Shown piece after piece: positions 58,148 through 64,000 of a stretch of 64,000 bases of DNA. The notes beneath the pieces were generated by a model that was given only the letters and a program-made list of their open reading frames with translations, was not told the origin of the DNA and did no database searches. This DNA comes from Obrimoposthia wandeli (taxonomy: Eukaryota), in the NCBI GenBank assembly GCA_977020255.1, contig CDROCS010006097.1, positions 1-64,000 on the forward strand. The letters run 5' to 3'. The translations under genes and the position numbers were made by a program. The number at the start of each line of letters is the position of its first letter. Position 1 is the first letter of the stretch.

Positions 58148-60320
58148 ATGGAAATCACCGTAAATTTTTTAGAAAATCTCAGGCTTAGCTGCGTTTGATG
58201 ATTTCACCGTCACCGCTGACCAGCCTATTCGCTATAAAGGTGATGGTTCTGCGCCAAGCCCATTTGATTATTTTTTGGCATCATCTGCTTTGTGTGCCGC
58301 ATATTTTGTGCGTGTTTATTGCCTATCTCGCGACATTCCAACCGATGATATTCGTTTGTCGCAAAATAACATCGTCGATCCAGAGAACCGTTATAATCAG
58401 GTATTCCAAATACAGGTTGAATTACCAGAGAGTATTAGCGATCGAGATCGCGAGGGGATTCTTCGTTCTATTGACAGATGTACCGTTAAAAAAGTAGTAC
58501 AGCAAGGTCCTGACTTTAAAATAGAGTCAGTGACTAGTTTGGAGCAAGATACATCTCTGATGAGCATGCAGCGTCCAGATGAGAATCTGAACACTTCCAT
58601 TATAGGTAAAGACTTACCTCTGGAAAAAACCATAGCTAACATGACCTCTATTCTGGCAGATTTAGGGATTAAAATAGAGATCGCATCATGGCGTAATATA
58701 GTGCCCAATGTTTGGTCATTGCATATTCGCGATGCAGCCTCCCCAATGTGCTTTACCAATGGTAAAGGGGCCAGTAAAGACAGTGCACTGTGCTCGGCAC
58801 TCGGTGAGTATATTGAGCGTGCTAGCTGTAATTTCTTCTATAACGATTACTATTATGGTGAAGAGATTAGCAACAGTGATTTTGTTCACTATCCAAATGA
58901 GAAGTGGTTTCAAAGTGACAAAAATGATGCCTTACCTGAAGGGCTCATGGATCAGAATATGTTGGACATCTACGATCCTGAGCAAGAGCTTAGAGCATCA
59001 CATTTAATCGATACGAACTCGGGGATGAGTGAACGCGGTATTTGCGCACTACCCTTTATCAGACAAAGTGATCAGCAAACGGTATATGTACCTTCTAACC
59101 TGATTGAGAATTTATTCTTGAGCAATGGAATGAGTGCAGGCAACAATGTTTATGAGGCACAGGTGCAGTGTCTGTCTGAAATTTTCGAGCGTGCGGTTAA
59201 ACGTCAAATTATTGAGCAGGAAATAATACTGCCAGATGTGCCACAAGAAGTACTGGCAAAATACCCCCATATATTGGCTGGAATCAACGAACTGGAAGAT
59301 AAAGGCTTTCCAGTGGTGGTTAAAGATGCCTCTCTAGGTGGCGAATATCCGGTAATGTGCGTTACTTTAATGAACCCTAAGACAGGAGGAGTTTTTGCCT
59401 CCTTCGGTGCTCACCCAAGTTTCGAGGTCGCGCTAGAGCGTAGTTTGACGGAGCTGCTGCAAGGGCGTAGTTTTGAAGGCCTTAACGACATTCCTCCGCC
59501 AACGTTCAACACGATGGCCGTGACGGAGCCTAACAACTTTGTTGAACACTTTATCGATTCCACGGGAATTATTTCATGGCGCTTCTTCAGCGACAAACAT
59601 GATTACGACTTCTGTGAGTGGGACTTTAGCGGTACAACCGAAGAGGAAACAACACGCTTAATGGCTATTCTGGCGGAGCTGGAAAAGGAAGTGTATGTTG
59701 CGGTTTATCAGGACTTTGGCGCCAGTGCTTGCCGTATACTGGTACCCGATTTTTCAGAAATATATCCAGTGGAAGACCTTATATGGGACAACACGAATAA
59801 AGCTCTCAATTACAGAGAAGATATTTTAAATATACATTCGTTGAGCGATGATCAGCTGGCCGATTTAGTCGAGCGTCTAGAAGAGAGCCAGTTAGATAAT
59901 TATAGCGAAATATCTGAACTCATCGGTGTTGTCTTTGATGAAAATACCGTTTGGGGACAGCTAAATATTGGCGAGCTGAAAATTCTGATCTATTTAGCGT
60001 TGGAGCAGTTCGAAGATGCCAGCGAATTAGTGCAAGACTTCTTGAGATTCAACAGTAATACCGTGGCGCGGGGCTTGTTCTATCAAGCGATGAATACGGT
60101 GTTGGACATCGCATTAGATGATGAATTAGAGCTTGAGGACTACTTAAGTAACTTAAGCCGCATGTTTGGTCAAGAAGTGATGGAAAATGTTGTCGGCTCG
60201 ATCAATGGCACGGTTAAGTTTTATGGATTGACTAAAACAAGCATGAAGCTAGAGGGCTTAGATAAGCATCTCAAGTTGATTGAAAGCTATAAGAAATTAC
60301 ATCAGGCAAGATCTGTTTAA
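58148..60320 (+). CDS. OsmC-YcaO fusion protein, with a frameshift at ~58187
   Basis: MEITVNFLENLRL (ATG 58148) shifts frame into AAFDDFTVTADQPIRYKGDGSAPSPFDYFLASSALCAAYF..RC; YcaO motifs NGKG, SALGEYIER, SNGMSAGN, EIFER. Confidence 0.85.
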
Positions 60321-60354
60321 CTGTAGCTTAACTTGAACGAGTTCATAGGGTAGA

Positions 60355-60383
60355 CAAAGCTCAGTTGGAATGACTGAGCTTTG
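60355..60383. terminator. Hairpin between convergent genes
   Basis: CAAAGCTCAGT ... ACTGAGCTTTG. Confidence 0.5.
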
Positions 60384-60436
60384 ATCTGATGTGACAAAGT
60401 TTTAATCCAGTGAATGCCCATAACAAACATCGTGTA

Positions 60437-61381
60437 CTATTGGGCCGGTAGCGACACGGTGAAAAGCGTTCCTACACCTTCACGGCTTTTCACATCGATA
60501 GTACCTTGATGCTTGTCAATGATGCCAAAAGATACCGATAAACCCAGGCCAGTGCCAGAACCAACAGGTTTAGTCGTGTAAAAAGGGTCGAATATTTTTT
60601 TCATTACTTCTTTAGGCATCCCTTTACCATTATCGCTAATTTGGATCACGATCCATTTTTTACCTTCAACTTCTCTAATACCCGTCTTAATTGTTAGTAT
60701 GCCTTTGTCTTCACAAGCGTGGCTAGCATTGAGGAATAAGTTCATCAATACCTGATGGATTTCGCCAATATGACAAGGTACAGGTGGTAAATCGGCGAAT
60801 ATTTTTTTTACCTCCATATTATATTTAAGCTCGCTCCAGACAACTTTGATCGAATCCTCAATCACTTGATTGATATTGGCCATTTCTTTCTCTATAGGCC
60901 CGCTGTGGCTGACTTTGTTTAAGTTGGCCACAATGCTACTAACGCGATGAAGCCCTTTGATGGAATCGGCAAGCAGTTCGCTGGAGTCGGCAGTTAAAAA
61001 ATCAATGTCTTCTTGTTGACGTAAACTTTGATATTGCGAAGAAAAAGCAGTGTCACTGAGTGTGTCCAAATGCGTCACTACTAACTGGTCAAGCTTTAGA
61101 ATAGATTCGAGATAGCCGGTAAGTACTGATAAATTACTCAGTGAAAAACCGATAGGATTATTGATTTCGTGCGCAACACCTGCCGCTAACTGGCCGATAG
61201 AAGCCATCTTTTCAGACTGGACGAGTTTGTCTTGTGTCTCTTCCAGGACGCTGACCGTGTTTTGTAGTTCGACAACATTATCATACAAACTGCGAGTCTT
61301 TTCATTGAGTAGACTCTCGGCTTTATGCCTTGCCGCGCGTTCACGCTCATAAGCAATTTTGTAAGGATTATCATCAGCCAT
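60437..61381 (-). CDS. Soluble histidine kinase (H-NOX-associated, HnoK-like)
   Basis: Coiled-coil N-terminus, H-box AHEINNP, N-box NLFLNA, DNGKG, F-box IFDPFYTTK, GTGLGL; 3 nt from the H-NOX gene. Confidence 0.9.
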   Translation of the reverse strand: MADDNPYKIAYERERAARHKAESLLNEKTRSLYDNVVELQNTVSVLEETQDKLVQSEKMASIGQLAAGVAHEINNPIGFSLSNLSVLTGYLESILKLDQLVVTHLDTLSDTAFSSQYQSLRQQEDIDFLTADSSELLADSIKGLHRVSSIVANLNKVSHSGPIEKEMANINQVIEDSIKVVWSELKYNMEVKKIFADLPPVPCHIGEIHQVLMNLFLNASHACEDKGILTIKTGIREVEGKKWIVIQISDNGKGMPKEVMKKIFDPFYTTKPVGSGTGLGLSVSFGIIDKHQGTIDVKSREGVGTLFTVSLPAQ

Positions 61382-61384
61382 AGT

Positions 61385-61930
61385 TTAATCCTTGAAGGAT
61401 ATAATCAATTTACAGCGCTTGGCACCTGTGTGCATGCATTGCGGATGCAAAATGTCTATTTCTTGATTAAAGTGTTTGGCTGCGCCGCGTATAAGGCCAA
61501 TGCTGGCGTGACACATTTTTCGCTTAGAACTGTAAAACATGATGAGATCTCCGTTCTCACCATCGGCATATTCAAATTTTGGTAAATAGGCTTGTGGGTG
61601 TAAACGCTTCACTTCAACGTGAATTAAACCATCAATTGAGAGTAAAAAATCACGTAGTTTGGTAATGTTTGATATATCGACAGGGCAGGTTTGGTAAAGG
61701 TTTGTAAAGAGATATTCACCAAAAGATTCCACAAGTGCTTCAACGGCTACACCCGTTTTCTCCGAAAGCAAAACTACCATATTAATCAGTTCGCTATCAT
61801 CGTATTGTTCGCCGCTAGTGTAAAAGCCTTGGGAGGCAGGTTGGGTTTTCTCGAGCAGTTCATTCCACTGCTCCATGCCCATTTTTTCAATAATCATATC
61901 TGAGAAGGTAGTAAAGATTGATCCCTGCAT
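61385..61930 (-). CDS. H-NOX (heme-NO-binding) protein
   Basis: MQGSIF, YDDSE, proximal His (IHVEV), LP.F, YSSKR heme-propionate motif. Confidence 0.9.
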   Translation of the reverse strand: MQGSIFTTFSDMIIEKMGMEQWNELLEKTQPASQGFYTSGEQYDDSELINMVVLLSEKTGVAVEALVESFGEYLFTNLYQTCPVDISNITKLRDFLLSIDGLIHVEVKRLHPQAYLPKFEYADGENGDLIMFYSSKRKMCHASIGLIRGAAKHFNQEIDILHPQCMHTGAKRCKLIISFKD

Positions 61931-62168
61931 GGTAAATCCTCCTTGAAACTATGGGCATTAATAAAGAACAGGTTGACGTTATGTCCTTTATGCACCTAAA
62001 CAAGAGACTGGAATTAGATAGTGAAGGACAATGTATATATCTACTATTAAATCCAGCCTTAGTATCAATCATTTAACAAGAGTAAAGAGCGCTAATCAAG
62101 CGTCTTAAAAAGATACTTTTTAAATATTTAGCAAGTTTAGGTACATTTCACCTTTAACCATAGCCAGT

Positions 62169-63404
62169 TCAAGGCACGGCTAGCACCTTTGCATTACAAA
62201 GGTCGTCACTGGTAAATGTGGTCAGCTCGCCAGCTTTTAGGCCGGGTACGGGAAACAGACGCACAGTGAGTGGTTTGTTTAACCTAAAGGCTAAGGTACC
62301 AGTATCGCGCATCAGCGCGGCTATCTTGGCGATGGATGTATCGCCTGGGATTGGCACTGTATCTAACCCTATGCCACAAACTGAGCTGTTACTGAGTAGG
62401 GTGCCAATATCCAGCTGATTATCGATACTAGCCTGGGCTAACCCGCGATCTTCAGTCAGAGCGAGCATCAAACCTGAAAAACCCACTAAGTCTGCATTGC
62501 GAATAGATTTAAATACCTTGGTTAGTAAGGCTGAGGCCTCAAGTGTGCCACTGGCACCGAAATAAGGTACGCCGAGTAAGCGGTATATATCCACCATACT
62601 GGCACAATCTTTGGAGGGTGCGGCTGAGCTATCAAAACCGCAGAATTTAAAGTACTCGCTAGTGCAAATGGCTTTTGCGATAGGGTCAATTTTATCTATA
62701 TGATATTGCAGTGCCTGGTGCATCGCCTCATAGTGCGCTCTACGGGTTTGTTGATGAGAGAGAGCGGGACTGAGCTGAATGTTTTGTAATGTATGTACCA
62801 GTAGATCTGGCGTTTCTAGACCAACAACAACACATGGTCCTAGTTTTTTGTCATGATAGCTTGCGGGGAAGTAGGGAATTAAAGGTGCGCAGTTAAAGTT
62901 CACGGTGAAGTTAAAATTACCTTCGCCACCTGGAGTCATTTGGCTAATTTTTCTCACTGCACGAGCACAATGAGTGATCAGCTGATTGTCTAATATAGCG
63001 TGATCATCAACAGGTATGTTGACACAGACATTACATAAATCACCAAATTCACTGATTAATTGCGGCAGTAGTTCAATTTCATCGGCGCTTTTGGCCTCGC
63101 CTATGGCAAATCTAAGCCTCAAATTTGATTGGTTATTCTGTTGTAATAACTCAGCTAAATAGCTTAAGCCTTCCCGTGCAGTGCTTAAGTTGCTTAGGTT
63201 TAAATACTCTCCAAAAGGGTTAGTGACGATTCTCACGGACTGCACATCGTATTGCTCTTGTATTAAGGCTTGCGATAGCTTGGTACACAGCGTGGCAGCT
63301 TCAAATATTTTTTGTGACCAGCTAGATTGATCGGAATCCAGTGATATAAACGTTGTAATAGTTCTGATTTTGCAAAGTTTCTGGGGATCGATGTTAATAG
63401 TCAA
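62169..63404 (-). CDS. DUF711 (PFL-like/UPF0210) family protein
   Basis: IRTITTF, NFNFT, PLIPYFPASYH, GFSGLML..ED..LA, SSVCGIGLDTVPIPGD, KPLTVRLFPVPG. Confidence 0.8.
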   Translation of the reverse strand: MTINIDPQKLCKIRTITTFISLDSDQSSWSQKIFEAATLCTKLSQALIQEQYDVQSVRIVTNPFGEYLNLSNLSTAREGLSYLAELLQQNNQSNLRLRFAIGEAKSADEIELLPQLISEFGDLCNVCVNIPVDDHAILDNQLITHCARAVRKISQMTPGGEGNFNFTVNFNCAPLIPYFPASYHDKKLGPCVVVGLETPDLLVHTLQNIQLSPALSHQQTRRAHYEAMHQALQYHIDKIDPIAKAICTSEYFKFCGFDSSAAPSKDCASMVDIYRLLGVPYFGASGTLEASALLTKVFKSIRNADLVGFSGLMLALTEDRGLAQASIDNQLDIGTLLSNSSVCGIGLDTVPIPGDTSIAKIAALMRDTGTLAFRLNKPLTVRLFPVPGLKAGELTTFTSDDLCNAKVLAVP

Positions 63405-63645
63405 GGGTTAATCCTGTGTCATTGGTGAGCTCTTGTAATAATGACAAAGGTAAGTCTTTGTATGACATATGTCAATTATAATGAGGTATTAGTTCTAAAG
63501 CTACACTGTTTTTATACGGTCGTTAATTTATGGCTAGTAAAGCGCTATCAAGTATCTAAAATAGCGGCTACTCCCATGTGCTGTTGGCACAAAAAAATGG
63601 CCAGTTACTGGGGATGTAATAAATTTATTATTTATCGAGAAATAT

Positions 63646-64000
63646 GTGAAATTAAGCTTACGTCTACAGACCGTTTCTGCTCTGATTAAAAATAATTACC
63701 ATACTATTTGGGATTGTTGCTGCGATCATGGGCATCTTGGGATGAACTTAATCACCAGGGGCGCGGCCGAGCATGTCCACTTTGTTGATAATGTGCCCTC
63801 GATTATTAATCAGTTGCACAGTCGATTAGAAACTCATTTCACGGGATCGATATCAAAATTTTCTTGCCATTGTATCGATGTTCAAAGTATTCCTTTAGCA
63901 GATATACCGCCACAACAGGCGCAATTGATCATTCTTGCTGGTGTAGGTGGGGAGTTGACTCTAGATGTTGTGTTGCAGCTATTACAACAGCATCCACAGC
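63646..64000 (+). CDS. trmK: tRNA (adenine22-N1)-methyltransferase family protein, 5' part
   Basis: Not in ORF track. GTG 63646 reads MKLSLRL..IWDCCCDHGHLG..HFVD..ILAGVGGEL, open to the window end. Confidence 0.8.
   Translation, partial: MKLSLRLQTVSALIKNNYHTIWDCCCDHGHLGMNLITRGAAEHVHFVDNVPSIINQLHSRLETHFTGSISKFSCHCIDVQSIPLADIPPQQAQLIILAGVGGELTLDVVLQLLQQHPQ

Noticed and set aside
963-62418. Many short ORFs in the track antisense to or out of frame within long genes (e.g. 963-1229, 7062-7451, 19067-19528, 55813-56214)
   Set aside because: Shadow ORFs overlapping well-supported genes, with no motifs or RBS.
1-64000. tRNA, rRNA, tmRNA or prophage genes
   Set aside because: None recognised by eye; a tRNAscan/Infernal run would be needed to exclude small RNAs.

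Overview
64 kb of a marine-type gammaproteobacterial chromosome. The divergent mfd/gap pair and HIT-fmdB-aspS order suggest an Oceanospirillales/Pseudomonadales-like host (inference). Housekeeping genes (rluA, rlmD, mfd, gap, leuA, aspS, rlmF, partial trmK) alternate with accessory blocks. Highlights: (1) a fossil chromosomal integron at ~36.5-40.7 kb, with a 5' relic of intI missed by the ORF track, a damaged LexA box, attI and 7 attC-bounded cassettes, one carrying a HEPN/AbiU2-like gene; (2) a LuxP-like AI-2 receptor with no luxQ, divergent from a frameshifted sugar-type binding protein coupled to a HAMP-GGDEF-EAL enzyme; (3) an operon of two stand-alone ATP-grasp proteins plus an MFS transporter, followed by a prephenate dehydratase; (4) an NspS-MbaA-like polyamine/c-di-GMP pair; (5) a 1311-aa Ig-repeat exoprotein with an FrpC-type self-processing module whose scissile Asp-Pro is Ser-Pro; (6) an H-NOX/histidine kinase pair; (7) an OsmC-YcaO fusion with a 5' frameshift; (8) decayed GNAT/attC-like debris at 11.1-12.5 kb. 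No rRNA, tRNA or CRISPR array was recognised. All family calls come from motifs read by eye; no searches were run.
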